Of a stretch of 64,000 nucleotides of DNA, positions 38,531 through 52,301 are shown one piece after another. The stretch comes from Haliotis rubra (lineage: Eukaryota). Location: positions 1-64,000 of the forward strand of contig NW_025765275.1 in NCBI RefSeq assembly GCF_003918875.1. Direction: 5' to 3'. The notes beneath the pieces were generated by a model. The model was not told where the DNA came from. It saw only the letters and a list, made by a program, of their open reading frames with translations, and did no database searches. Position 1 is the stretch's first letter. Every line of letters starts with the position of its first letter. The translations under genes were made by a program, and so were the position numbers.

Positions 38531-40013
38531 CCCCTATACGGGGTCCTCAAAGGGTCAACTCACCCACTCTCATGTTCCTTAAGTTTTCGGTAAGAACATT
38601 CCCCAGTCATCAATCGCACCTCAATTCCCGGTACACAATAAGGCGTGGAAAACATATGCTGAAGTAGACACAGGTGGTACCATGTTTGCATTGTGTTGGG
38701 TTTTTTTTCAGCTCCATCTTTCTGCTCACTGATTTCACCCAAGTGTTATATAAATGTCTAAGATCTGAATATCTTCCATCTTTCCTTCCACATCAGTCTG
38801 ACAGGCCATTATGTAACTGAAATACTGTTGTAAGCTGCAGTAAACACTTACCCGCATTGACTATTTGTTGCAGAAATAGAGAAGTTCTCGTCCTGGGTGA
38901 ACTGGAAAAGTGGGTACCAATGTCTCGCAACAGGATCGTCAATGTCACCGTCGGCGACGTCATCACTGTCTACGTCAAGGGTCAGGCGGGAGAGAGTGTT
39001 GAGATGTGGTTTGCCGATGATGTACGGTTCGGTGCTTTGAAAACTATTATAGGGGCAGACGGCCTGGGTAGTATCATATATGAAATAAAATCTCATCCTG
39101 TTAACAACTCTGACCTCAGAAGAGCTTCAACAATTGCTTTTGTCATGGGTATCCTAGCAACAATGATGCTCATGATGTAAGACGAAAGTGACTGCATTGT
39201 TGCTGGTTGGTGGACACAAGGCCAAAACTCCATCTCATCTCATTGGGTAAATTCTGTATTAATAAGCAGTTACATTTTCATGGTGTACTCATTTTACCTT
39301 TAAAACGTGACAGAGATATCCGTACTGTTCGATTGGGTGTTTTGTTCTTTTAAAGCTTGGTGCGGATTTGAACTGAACCATTCTGTCCTTCCAAAGTCGG
39401 CAGGAAAACAGTATTTCTCTTTACCACAAACTCAGCTATCGTTCATACAGGTCCTGACACAACTGAAGAGTATCAGGCATTCTGCAATACATTTACCATT
39501 CTAGATTTCTTCAGTTGTTACATTATGAAAATAAATATATTATAACCTAACATATCTTTTCAAGAAATGTTAGCCTGTGAATGATGCACAAGATGAAACC
39601 TGCCTTGGTACTTACGTTTCGTATAAATATCGGAATCTGTGACCACAAAAAACATCTCCCAGAACAAACTGTGCAATTGTCAATGATCACCTGTATCACA
39701 TATGAAATAAGCTCCATGCAAAATGGATAATGCCAAGGAACACGTATGGTGGGAAATGTTCCTAGAAAACTGTTCTATGGGACTAATTCCCCGAGAAGAT
39801 GTTTACAAAGGAACAATACCGCTAAGGGAACAGATACTCTTTGTCACTGTCACTTTGAATTGGTGTGTAAGTGTTCTCTCCTGTGCATTAATTGTTTGGC
39901 CTGTCGAAAATCAGAATGTTTTGTCACACACACATAACTATAACACCTTTGTTCACTTGGCTTGTTTTGTTTGGAAGAATGTATCAGAATGTATGGTGTT
40001 TGCTATGTACCTT

Positions 40014-40120
40014 GGCCTAGGTTTTCGAAGTTCTCTTAGCGCTAAGATAGTCGTAAGTTTATGTTAATGTAAGGCACTTTACGACTATCTTAGCGATTAT
40101 AGAGCTTCGAAAATCTGCCC
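40014..40120. mobile_element. Palindromic MITE-like element (partially deleted duplicate at 15533-15621)
   Basis: Arms ttttcgaagttctcttagcgctaagatagtcgtaa and ttacgactatcttagcgattatagagcttcgaaaa, with ggcc/ggccc-type termini. Confidence 0.65.
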
Positions 40121-40373
40121 TGACCAATAAAATTGTGTGTGGGACCGAAAGTTTAACTCGGTTTGCATTGAGTTCCGTGTAAGAAATTAACATAGTTACT
40201 TGTTTATCGTGAAGTTGTTATTAAATCAATGTTTGGTTTGGGCAGGTTCCGCTCTAATGTTATGTTAATCGATCGACCGTTTAGTCGAGGATCCAGACTG
40301 GCAGATACTTTACAGCAGGTCACTTTAACATGTTCTACAGTTCCGGTGGTGCTGAGATCACTGCGGGGTGATC

Positions 40374-40537
40374 CGCTCGCTGACTTGGTTGACACATGTC
40401 ATCGGTTCCCCAATTGCGCAGATCGATGCTCTATGCTATTGATCACTGGATTGTCTGGTCCAGACTCGATTATTTACAAACCGCCGCCATATAGCTGGAA
40501 TAGTGCTGAGTGCGGCGAGGAGACTAAACTCACTCAC
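40374..40537 (+). mobile_element. 5'-truncated SINE with (CTCA)n tail and 16-bp TSD, private to unit 2
   Basis: TSD tcactgcggRgtgatc at 40358-40373 and 40538-40553; empty site at about 15856-15872. Confidence 0.82.
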
Positions 40538-41687
40538 TCACTGCGGAGTGATCAAAGCCGTTGTATTAAAAGCCTTTTAAGCGATAGGCTGTTCTAAGAC
40601 CTGAATGGTTCCATCTTCATGTTTCATTACTTTCTGGTATCAACAAAATGGGTTGTGCAAAGCGGTTATTGAAGTGCCAGATTGCCAATAATGTGTCATT
40701 AGATTTGTATATTCACCTATTATTGTCCGACAAATCCGGTTTAGAAACAATCGCTTTCTCCCTTCTGTCTTCTTCAAAGTGGTATGAGTTTTACGATTCT
40801 TTCTACTTGCCAAATGTATCTCTTCTGACAATCTTTTAGTAGTTTATTTATGGTTTTCACAAAATGCAATGCAACACATACAGCCATGTGCTTGTACTAA
40901 CGAAGCCTGTCTCCATCTTAGCGCATATCATCGTTGATGTTTTGTATAAAGCCTCCTGTTACGTTAGTGCCACGCTGAGGTATGGATGGTGTCATTGAAA
41001 GTTTGAAATAATCTATGTATTGTGTTTCCAAAATTAATGGGGGTTTACAACTTGTTAGTGAAACATTTTAGTTTTATCTTGCCTTCATGTAAACTACTTT
41101 AATTTCATTGGTCACTGACGCTTTAACAAGTTTCCGTGTCACCAATCCCAGGGGTGACAACTGGAAAAATATTACCTGCTGCCACGGTAACCGCCAAGCT
41201 CTCCATCGAGAAGCTGTATCGCTAACAATTGTATATAACATGACGCATACAGTGCACGGAGTTCGAAACCTGTTCGCTTACCTGTTTTGAGTTCACTATG
41301 TACACATTTATTTTACCGGCTTTCACTTCTTTATTTAATTACTATTTTATATATTGGATCGTTTTGCACACTCAACGTAACAGAATTAACCATTTTTATG
41401 GCAGCTTTTAGAACTTATCCATCTTCAAAATAAAATGATATTTTGTACATTTAACATGGCGGGAGGATAAATACGTTGTAAACGGCTCGGATAACACTAC
41501 TACAATGAAGCGTACATGAGACCATATTACGCTCGAGAGAAGCATACAACTTATAGCATCAACCCTTCCCATGTCATATTACTGCTATGAACTGTACGTT
41601 TGGCGTCAGATCAAACTTTGCCATGACAAGGATCCCTTTTTATATTGAGGCTTGTACAATAACAGTCTGGTGACAAGGGCTTTCAGA

Positions 41688-41849
41688 CTGACTGACTGAG
41701 TTTGGTTTTACGCCGCTTTTAGCAATATTCCAGCAATATCACGGCGGGGACACCAGAATGGGCTTAACACATTGTGCCCGTATGGGGAATCGAACCCGGG
41801 TCTTCGGCGTGACGAGCCAACGCTTTAACCACTAGGCTACCCACCGCCC
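41688..41849 (-). mobile_element. Short tRNA-derived SINE with (CAGT)n tail and 12-bp TSD, private to unit 2
   Basis: TSD agggctttcaga at 41676-41687 and 41850-41861; A-box tagcctagtgg, B-box ggttcgattcc. Empty site at about 17010 in unit 1. Confidence 0.9.
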
Positions 41850-44414
41850 AGGGCTTTCAGATGTGAGTATGTATGAAAATGATTTCAATGTCTACCTTTG
41901 TCACGTGCGACTACTTGCGGTTTGGTCGTGTAACCATAACGACTGTATACTGAATGTGTTTGATGCCATTGTATGTAACATGCACTGTAAGAAGACATGA
42001 CATTGAAGAAGTGATGAAGGTTTGACCCTGAAGTCGTTTGATTGGCACTGTGGGCAATAAGAGATGTCCAAAGCCTTGTTACACCATTGGTTCTCATATA
42101 TTTACCTTCGTTTTGATTATTTTCTATCACCGTTCATAATTATTGCATCCAGTTAGAATGTGTTGTATTCAAATATATGTGTCTTGATCTTTATAATAAA
42201 GCTAACAAATATCACCACGTGTTTAACGGTACCCAAACCTTAGCCTTTCATACGGGCTGTGAAACCTGAGCCTTCATCGGGAATTATTCAGTAGAACATT
42301 GTTTGTTTATTGTTGTCAGTTGCAGTCAGCAACGTTTCCATTATATTGCAACAACCCGTAAACAATCGACTATTAAAAGCCTAACTAGTGGTTTCGGTAT
42401 CTTTAACAACTAACAGTGCGGATAAGATGGCAAGAGATGATTGAGCACATACCAAGACCATCCGATGTTCTTAAGTCGGCTCTTTCCACCTGCATGGCAT
42501 AGATGAGCCATGGATATATCAGTAGAAGTATACACATTTCACTCCTCGTGGTGGCACAATTGTACCTGATGGTCAATGGTTTGAATGGTTGCGTTATGCC
42601 AAATCACGTCAAGAGATGGTAATTGTTTCACATGGATACTCCTCTCAGACACAGTGTAGTGAGTCCGGACAGACAAGTCTTTGTTTAATCATGTTCATGC
42701 CTTGCGTCACGCAGGATATAGCAGGGGGTGGGGGTAAGTGGCAACGAATTATTAAATGAAATACTCTTAGACGTCTTTACGATCAGCAATTTCCACACCT
42801 CAACAAACATTGCATTTGATGTTGTGGTAAGATACAAGCAAGGTTGAAGAAACTCATATGCTAATTGTTTCGTATTTCAAAATTATTTTCTGAACATTTG
42901 ACTCTTTTTTAAGTTGCTGGCCTAATGAGCCCTTGTAATGCTACACTTCAAAACCATATCAAATGAGTGAGTGAGTGAGTGAATGATGCTTTGACCCGCA
43001 TCAGCACTTTTGCAGCTATACTGTGCAAGCATCTCAAACGTTTACCAAATCTATGAGAAGTCAAAAAGAATATAATCCAAACATCTATCATTACTTTACT
43101 GGGACTTTGTTGATAAAATAAGACTGCAACTTTCAAATTATGCTGGGCAGGAATTGCCCAGTTGTCTCAGGTGCTAAAACATGTTGTGCAGAGTTGGGTT
43201 CGTTGGACTGACCATAACGCCATGTTTGTAGGTTAGAATTCTGATTCTGTCATGTCGTTTTCCTAGATGTTTTCAGCAACATATTATGCTACTACGTGAT
43301 TAACGTTTTAGATCCACATCACTTCCTTCCCCAACGAGACATGACATACTGTGTTCCGCTTGTCAATTGAAACTGTAGGATGTTCATAGAACGATGAAAA
43401 AAGATTCTGAAGCAAAGAAAACAAAACAAAAAACATCAATTTGAATGCTGTCATGCTTTAATTATTTTTGTCATCTCTGAATACATTATGTCATCAACAA
43501 AGTAGTTCTTGAAAGGCATTTAGAAGTTTATGACAAACATAAATATAGGACACGTTGTATAGATAACTTCTTTTTATTCTTTACACGACGTTCAAAGTTA
43601 ATTCTTGCTCCTTCATCAGAAGAATGAATTATCGTGAGCAAGAATAAAAAGAAGTTGTTTTCATAAAACATGTCATGTATTCATCAACAGAGTAGTCAGT
43701 AAACGATATGTTTATACCTAACTAAAACAACGATGGAAATCCACGTCTACATACTTGACAATGATCAACGTATCCAACCTATGGGACAAGAAATCCTTAC
43801 GCCTATGAACCTTTCTGCGTATCTTACATCCCATGGAGGAGATAAACATTAGTTTTTCATTCGGTCGATGGACGCTTCCTTTCACATGTACAACCACACA
43901 GATCATGTTCCGATGTGTCTTAAACAAATGTATGTAGCGTAATAAAATCTCCCTCCTCTTTTGGGGGCATGTACAAATGTACGGCACTTCGCGAGACCTT
44001 AGTACTTCCGGTGACAAACAACGTTTCATACCTTTTCGAATGGTCTCATCAAATCCTTGAAGGACATGTAGAAGTAGAATGCATGAGAAAAGCAAGATTT
44101 ATGGATGTCAACTTCTTTATTGTGAATAACACCACGTTTCGGAGCTTATGCTTGCTCCTTCACCCGAAACGCTCGAAAAACGTCGTATTATTAACAATAA
44201 AGGAGTTCACATCCATAAATCTTGCTTTTCGAATGGTCCCATGGTTGACAGTTGACAGTAAGGAAGCAATAATCATTGCAGGAATAACAAATTTCCGATC
44301 AAACCATCCCCCATTAGCCAACTGTTACGACTATCAACAGCTGGGACCAGACAAGCATGGTTGTACACTTGGTTCGGTCTAGTAAAGTCATATTTGGCCG
44401 TCGCAAACTGGTTC

Positions 44415-45407
44415 ATGCTAGAAACAACTACGTCTTACAAATACTTAGAAGTTTATTTTACAAACCACCTACCGTGGTCCTTACATGTCAGAAATGCATC
44501 GATGCAAGCAAAGAAAATACTAATTGGTATTATTAGATATATTTATATTTTAGGTGACTTGTCACACAAATCATTTTTTAGAATTTTTGATGCTAAGATT
44601 AGTCCCATACTTCTATATGGTTCTGAGATTTGGGGAGTCCAAACATTTCATACACTAGAAAAAGAACATGTGTACGCAATTAAAAGATTTCTCGGTGTGA
44701 AAGAAACTACTTCAAACATAATGGGTTATGGTGAATGTGGTAGAAAGCAGTAAAATATTAGTTAAAACTCTTAAATATGCCATCTTACAGATTACCCAAA
44801 AATGTTACAATATGATGATTTTGTACGACAGAAATCATTATGGAAAACGTGATTAGGTCACAGATGTTAAAAATTTACTATTCCTTCCGGTTTCGGTAAT
44901 ATATTGCTAGAACAGTGCATAGAGTTGCATCCAAATTTTCTCATGTCCACTAAACAAAGGTTACAAGATATATCTGTATCAAATAAATGTTTTATTACAG
45001 AATGCAATCTATATACAATAAAACCTATTTATCATCTTTGAATGTTCGGAAATATTTGTTAATAGAAACGTATATATATTGGAATAAGAAAAGAAGATGG
45101 AATATGTAAAATGTGTGATTTGAATCTAATTGAAGATGTATATCATTTTCATTGTGTCTGTGCAGCCTACCACACCTTGAGAAATAAGTATATTAAGAAT
45201 TATTACTTTGTACATCAGAATATTTATAAATTTATATCTCTATTAACCTATTCTAGCAAGGAACACCTGGAAACATTGTCATTTTTTCAGTATCATGCCT
45301 TTCTACACAGAAAAAAAGTACTCTCTCAACTGCCTAAAAATAATAGTGTCTGTATACATGTACTATAGGCCTGTGACATATTAAGTGCAAATAAAGATTG
45401 ATTGAAC
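44415..45407 (+). mobile_element. Same degenerate LINE 3' end, unit 2
   Basis: Duplicate of 19620-20620 (ORFs 44361-44753 and 45111-45368). Confidence 0.8.
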
Positions 45408-46747
45408 TGGCTATTGAATATACGTTTGTCACCAGAAATCTGGTACTGTAAGTAAGCTGGGTTCCGTCTCGCACATCGCAAGTTGGCGCCGTCAAAGGGC
45501 CCCGGGAACCAGCTAAATACCGGAAGCAGCGCCTCGCGAGACTTACAGGCCCTATTTCACGTTTTGGCATGACCGAGTAGAGTAGGATATATCTTCTAAT
45601 TTACTAACTTCTGTTTATGAGTTGTGAGAAACCTTATATTTTCCTTATGATCCGCAGGAGAACACCAACCAACATGTCCACAAAACGTCGCATTACCTCA
45701 CAAAATATTCTGTTCCACCACACACATTCCACATTTTCAATACACCAGCCCCCTTAGCCAATCTTTATCAACACCACTGAAACTATGACGGTTTGATAAG
45801 GGCTGCTTTTGGTTATGGGTCACGTGATTATCGGGCCGCTATACTACACGTTGTGCAGCTGTACTTTGTCCTGTACGAGATGAAATACGAGGTGACTAAG
45901 GTGGCAGATAACGCCTACATCGAAACAACATCGGTTCCCGCAACTAAATCATGGCTGGCTACTGGTCGGTGCTGTACTACTCTGTGTGTGTTTCACCTGC
46001 TTCCCAATTACAGGTACGTTATGTCTGTCGTGTCACAGATAATATTATCAATATATTCCTACGTGTTCGGAAACAAGTCATGTTGACTACTGTTATCTCA
46101 ATCCCGTGAAATAGGGTCTAGAACTGTGGCCCTATATGTTCACAGTGTCACCTGTGACAGATAATATGTGTTGAATATGATACTGATTGTCAAAGAGACC
46201 CTGGAATGTCACAAAGAAATCATTAACTTGTAACAAATAAGAAGATCCACGTCAATACACATATCTTTACATGTAAACTAACGACGGAAGACTAGAGAAT
46301 GATACTTATTTAACATTCGAGTTACCGTAAAACACCGTTGTGTCGAACGTATGACTGTCAGGAAATATAATTGTGGTCCCTTCGTATGCTTTCTTTATTC
46401 ATCATTTTCGGCTTAGTCAAATGTTGCAATACTCAAAGTATTTATGTTGGTCGCTTCAAATGTGCCGCCTTCGAGTGCTCGACTGAAATTAGAAATATAT
46501 TTCCAAAAGTGCCGCTACATGTGTTGCATTCAAAAGTTAGTTATAATATGAAGTTTGGGGGCTGGCGTATGCAAGGTGAAATACCAGCGTCACCCAGATA
46601 CAATCTCTGCCTTCGCTTCGATTTCGCAAGTCAATACGTGCCATATCAGCGGGTGTATTTCCCGTTTGACCCAGTGTCATGGTGACATCCGTGTTTGCCT
46701 AGGACACTGCCACTCCTTATCTCAGCAACATTTTCGAACAGGATCAG

Positions 46748-47402
46748 TGGCTTTATTGTTACACTGACGGTGAGAGTGAGATGTAGGTGGGTTTATTGTT
46801 ACACTGACGGTGAGAGTGAGATGTAGGTGGGTTTATTGTTACACTGACGGTGAGAGTGAGATGTAGATGGGTTTATTGTTACACTGACGGTGAGAGTGAG
46901 ATGTAGGTGGGTTTATTGTTACACTGACGGTGAGAGTGAGATGTAGATGGGTTTATTGTTACACTGACGGCAAGAGTGAGATTTAGGCGGGTTTATTGTT
47001 ACACTGACGGCAAGACTGAGATGTAGGTGGGTTTATTGTTACACACTGAAGGCAAGACTGAGATGTAGGTGGGTTTATTGTTACACTGACGGCAAAGAGT
47101 GAGATGTAGGTGGGTTTATTGTTACACTGACGGCAAGAGTGAGATGTAGGTGGGTTTATTGTTACACTGACGGCAAGACTGAGATGCAGGTGGGTTTATT
47201 GTTACACTGACGGCAAGAGTGAGATGTAGGTGGGTTTATTGTTACACTTACGGCAAGAGTGAGATGTAGGTGGGTTTTATTGTTACACTGACGGTGAGAG
47301 TGAGATGTAGGTGGGTTTATTGTTACACTGACGGCAAGAGTAGAGATGTAGATGGGTTTATTGTTACACTGACGGCAAGAGTGAGATGTAGATGGGTTTA
47401 TA
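46748..47402. repeat. 40-bp minisatellite, about 16 units, intron 1 of copy 3
   Basis: Same unit as 21818-22800. Confidence 0.97.
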
Positions 47403-50400
47403 GTTTATTAATCGTAATTGTCCAAAGAGACATATTTCAGGGACAGGCCCCACGTCTAAATTTCTGCCTAACTAATAAAACGGAGGTTACTCGTGGAAGA
47501 GAGCAGACTAATCATTGGTTGACAATTCATCTTGTCGATTGTCTTTGACAGCGATTGGTTTCAACCATCTTGGATAACAGCGATTATACTCTGGTTATAC
47601 CAGGCTGTACATTTGTTCATGGTTTATTTATCACTGACCCTTGTCAAGGCCGATTATGGATTTGATCCCTCAGATCTTTTGTTTCTGTTGTTTGCTTCTG
47701 ATAATAGAACTGTGTACAATATTTTCCTATTTAATGACATCCGATCTCATGAGGCACAGCTCTGTCCTCCCCTTGCGTCTTCCCTTGTTGTACTGTTGTA
47801 GTGCCTCCGGGTCTTCAGCGTGACGACCGAACGCTTTAACTACTAGGCTACCCCACCGCCCTCTAAATCTCTAGAATTAGAACTCGGTCGCATATCCTGT
47901 TTGTACAGATGATCTTCATACAACTTCTGGTCTTGACTTGATGTGAGATGAGAGAGGCACAAGCTTGCCCACTTGTGTAGCATCTTCTAGAAATGTCTGC
48001 TGGATTACTCTGCATCTGCTACGATTACAGCGTACACTTGATTCCACAAGCATCAAAATGTAGTAACTTCCAAACCAGGGTTTACATTGTAACGCGTTCC
48101 TGACAGCTAGGTTTATCAGAAACGAAGTGCTAAAACGTTTAGTTCCAACTCTACAGTGGGACTGTTTCAAGTAGGAACCACAATAGGTTTATCTCCTACA
48201 TCGGGTGGTTTCTATGTGTAACCTTTACCTTAAAATTTCATGATGTCCCGATGGTAAGGACTCCTGGCATCAACCAACGCACTTGCTCAGAGAGTCGTGA
48301 TGTTTTACAAAGCTAAAGAACCTGCCTCCTTTCAGTGACAACGTTCACATTGTTATTTTTCTTGGATGTTCATAACATCGTCTTCTTAATGAAGTCACGT
48401 ATCACGATTGTGGTAAACATTTCCTGCTTGTTTGGTGTATCTAGTGTTGATGATTACCGGGGCGATAGCATAAAGTTAATCTGGCTCACAGTTATTTGTC
48501 CTTCCGTGAAGACCTTTGTGTAATGGGGCCGGTAGCCCTTTGGTTAAAACCTCCGCTAGTAACTCTGAAGACCCGGTTTCGATTCCCCACATGAATATAC
48601 AATGTGTGAAGCCCATTTCTGGAATAATTGCCCCACTGTGATATTGCTGGAATATTGCTAAAAGCAGCGTAAAACCATACTCACTCACTCACTCACCTAC
48701 ACATGTAATGCAAACGACACATATGAAGCAAGTGTAGATTTTACTGAGGTCAGAATCTCCAATCTCACAGGGAATTTCAGTCTAAACCTAGAAGTTTGTT
48801 CTATCACAAATATTTATTTTCAGGGACTGAGCGAAACTCAAGAAACCTCAAACTCTGTAGTATTTACAATCTGGTATGATGAAGAGGAATAACATTAATG
48901 GTGCTTCATTTCGGTGTTAGCATTTTGTCTATCCACAGAATTTGTTCCTATTCAACTACCACAAACTACTGTCTGAGATACCCGGGTGCCCTTGGACAAA
49001 TGATCTTAGCGCATGGTGGTCGTTTTCCCCATTCCTTAACAGAGACTTAGGTAGTCGTAGGACTAATGTTGTTTGTACAGTGGCACTCGGTTCTATATAG
49101 TCCCACCCCAGAGTTAAACACTTACACGTGTATAACCGAATATGTATAAGCCGATGCCTATGTCTTCAGTGTAGCTACCTTCCCAGACGGACGTTACGAG
49201 ATAAAGATCAATAATGTCACGTGGTTGAGCAGCGCCCCAACATTCTTCGTCATCAACGACACGCGCTTCTCCGCCGATGATGGCAGCCTCGTTCTCGACA
49301 GTATCAACACTACCATATCCGGTACAGGCCAGTTCGGGGTCGAGGTCTCCAAGAACTTCCATTACCGAGCTGGTGACGTTCCAGTCATCACGAGTATCGT
49401 CATATACGGGACATCAATCATGTCATTCATAGTGGTAATGTACATTTCAAACTTTTCAACGTTCAGAACGCAAAAAATAATCTTTATTGTAGATGGATGT
49501 AAATACATTTACACGTCCCACATTGATGCTTCTCATTTCGTTTTACATTATTGTAATTATTGTTACGTTAGGGAACAGTCTTTACTTATAACATGTTCTT
49601 TCTACGACACACATCTAGCTGGAAATTTTGGCTGTGTTTGTAAATAGTTACGTTATCTGATTGTTTCGGACTTCCTCTGTTCCCGTCCACTTGCTTTGTT
49701 TTGTATAAGTTGTAAACAATATGTGTCAGAAGTTTCTGCAAAGGTAGCACTTTAACAAACACGAGGATAATTTGGATATTGATGATGACTCTTTCATTTC
49801 ATCCTCATCCATTCATTTGATATGGCGCTTCCCCGACGGAGCCTCAAACACAAATCAAAGCAACATAGACGGTGTTATCTGTGGTTTCCCGGATTCAAAC
49901 TGGACACCACGTCCAAACTGGGATACATGTCGTTCGGGGAGCTGACTTTCAAGAACAGTCCGTGGGAAGGTAAGCTACTCGGTGAATAATAGAAAAAATT
50001 GCTATTTGCACTGCAAGTAACAATGGCGATAATAAAGTGGAATTCATGTCAATCCAAAACTTTGTTTTCTAAGTAAGGATTAGATATAACTTCTTTGTTT
50101 ACAATGTAGACAAACGATTCGGTGACGATTCTAACACTGCTATAAAACAGGTGATGTACAGGGTGGTGTAGGAAGCTAATATACAGATATGAAGTAGCGT
50201 TTTACAACAGAGCATAGACGCCTGTTGAATACACAGGAGAGAATCTGAGATACATTAGGTCCTTACAAATGAAACCACAGAAGGATTACCTCTCATTGAA
50301 GTCTTTGATGAGATGATGGTAAGCTGGGGTATGTATCAGCCTTGGTCATGACTGATAGATAGTTGAAGTCTTAAATATGGATGTCTTCTTGGAGATGTCT

Positions 50401-51956
50401 GAGTTTGAAGTGAGGGCTCTGATTTTGTCGTACTGGATGCTGTGGTTTTAACGAATATGGTCAGATAGATCTGATTTCATGTCTTGTTTAGACACCGAGC
50501 AATGTTATGTTGATGCTTGTTATCGTATCCCAGCAACGTTGATAGATGCTCCAGGTGTCAATCACCCGATAGTCTTGTTGAGACTCGACTATGTACAGGC
50601 CACTGTAGCTGGTTTTACTGCGTGTCCCGAGACATACGAAAACTGGATACGATCTATTCTCTTGTCTCTTACCTGACGGCACGTATTTGGCTTCTTGGGC
50701 TTACTGCATTGATACATTAACAGACTCAATGTCAACTAATGAAAAACAATATATGTCGGAATCTCAGTGTGTGAAATAATATCAAATGCTCGAATTACTT
50801 CCATGGAGTGAGTGAGTTGCTTTGAGTAATATTCCAGTAATATTGGGACACCAAAATGGGCGTCACACACTGCACCCATGTGGGGAATCACTCCCAGGTC
50901 TTCGGCGTGACGGGCGAACGCTTTAAACACTAGCTACCCCACCACCCACTCCCATGGAAGATCGTAAAGATGAGTAAGAACATATAGATCGAAAAATGTC
51001 TTTTCAAAGATTTTTGTAGTGTCGGGGGTTACAGCACGACAGCTTTGAGATTGGTTTGTACTAGACCTTATTGGGATGTTCCTAATGTTCACCCTTCAGT
51101 CATAATTTCCCAAATGTCCTTTCTTCTTTTGCGGGAACACTTGACTTGACTTGCCTCCGACTGCCACCCGTGAGCATCTGATATGATCCTTATGACACAG
51201 TGGAATCGGTGATTTGGTATTACGAAGATATGTTCCTGTCCCCAATCATATTGAGGTACATTTCGTCACCCGAATTAGTTTATTTCTTATTTCAAGACCC
51301 CAAAAACTGCAATTAAATTCCCATACATAATATCTCCCTGTTACTGGAATATTCTGGTCTGCCTGTGGTCATGCACGAACATATTACTGTATCTGACACT
51401 CACGAAACACTGACTTTTCTTCAGGTGGGATCCGTCTGCATCCATCCATGATGGTTTGGAAGGTTCCAGCCCCTTCTCAGTGTTTGACTCGAGTGGAAAT
51501 GCTGTGGCATTTGGACAACTGAATAATGTCATGACGACACCAATGTGGCACGACAAAACCAACAACTTCCTGTACTATGGAATTATGGGAGGAATCGAAC
51601 AGATCCCGACAAATTTCTCCTACCACATTTTGGCAGCATATTCCTCGGCGGGACCTGAAAGTGTAAGTAGATATTCTACTTAGTGAACATCTCGTCGGCT
51701 CGTTTGAGGAATAAATGCTGTTTAAAGGGTTATTCATTCAGCGACTATATTTTGTCCATTTCTGAATTTCAAGTAGGTTCTAAGGAAAGGGTGTTTGAAT
51801 CAAGTCGATAAACAAAATGGCTGCCGTACCTCGTTTTCATCCAAATACTAAAGACACGAAGCGTAACCCTTGCCACATGCACGCGTAGGTCACACACAAG
51901 GCACAACCAGACATAAGAGTCCACACACGTCGGTAGTCCTTGTGTCTTCAACAGGA

Positions 51957-52301
51957 GGTGAGGTGAAATTGGGTTTAACGTCGTGCTTGAGAATATTTCG
52001 CTCATGTGACGACGTGCATGCGTGTGTATGTGTATGTGCGGCTGCATGTAGTAGCCCAGACTGAAGCTGGTTTTATAGTGCTAGCCCACTGAGATACCAT
52101 GCCACAGTGAAGCATGAATACCCCACTCAGACACATTATACTGACTCCGAGCCGACCAGTCCTTGTTGTACCCATTAATGCCGAGCGCCAGGCAGGGACC
52201 AACAAGTACCATATTTTAACGTCTTTTGGTATGAGGGGATCGAACCCGCGACCTTCCGCTCTCCGGGCGGACGCTCTAACCACTACACCACGGAGGCGGT
52301 C
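51957..52301 (-). mobile_element. Same SINE insertion, intron 4 of copy 3
   Basis: Same TSD (51944-51956 and 52302-52314) and body; absent from copy 2. Confidence 0.88.

Larger units (their letters stand above)
21164..39180 (+). pseudogene. Copy 2, complete 17-exon structure (769 codons plus stop) of the same GH-D-like gene, with a premature TAG in exon 5
   Basis: Exons: 21164-21227 (MAGYWSGAVLLCVCFTCFPIT, signal peptide), 24460-24743, 25112-25254, 26686-26923, 27841-27940, 28591-28687, 29179-29274, 29744-29794, 30083-30167, 30689-30748, 31187-31363, 33313-33439, 33919-34027, 35394-35466, 36120-36284, 36888-37021, 38874-39180. Total 2310 nt with all phases compatible. TAG at 27880-27882, where copies 1 and 3 have TAC (Tyr). 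Confidence 0.8.
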
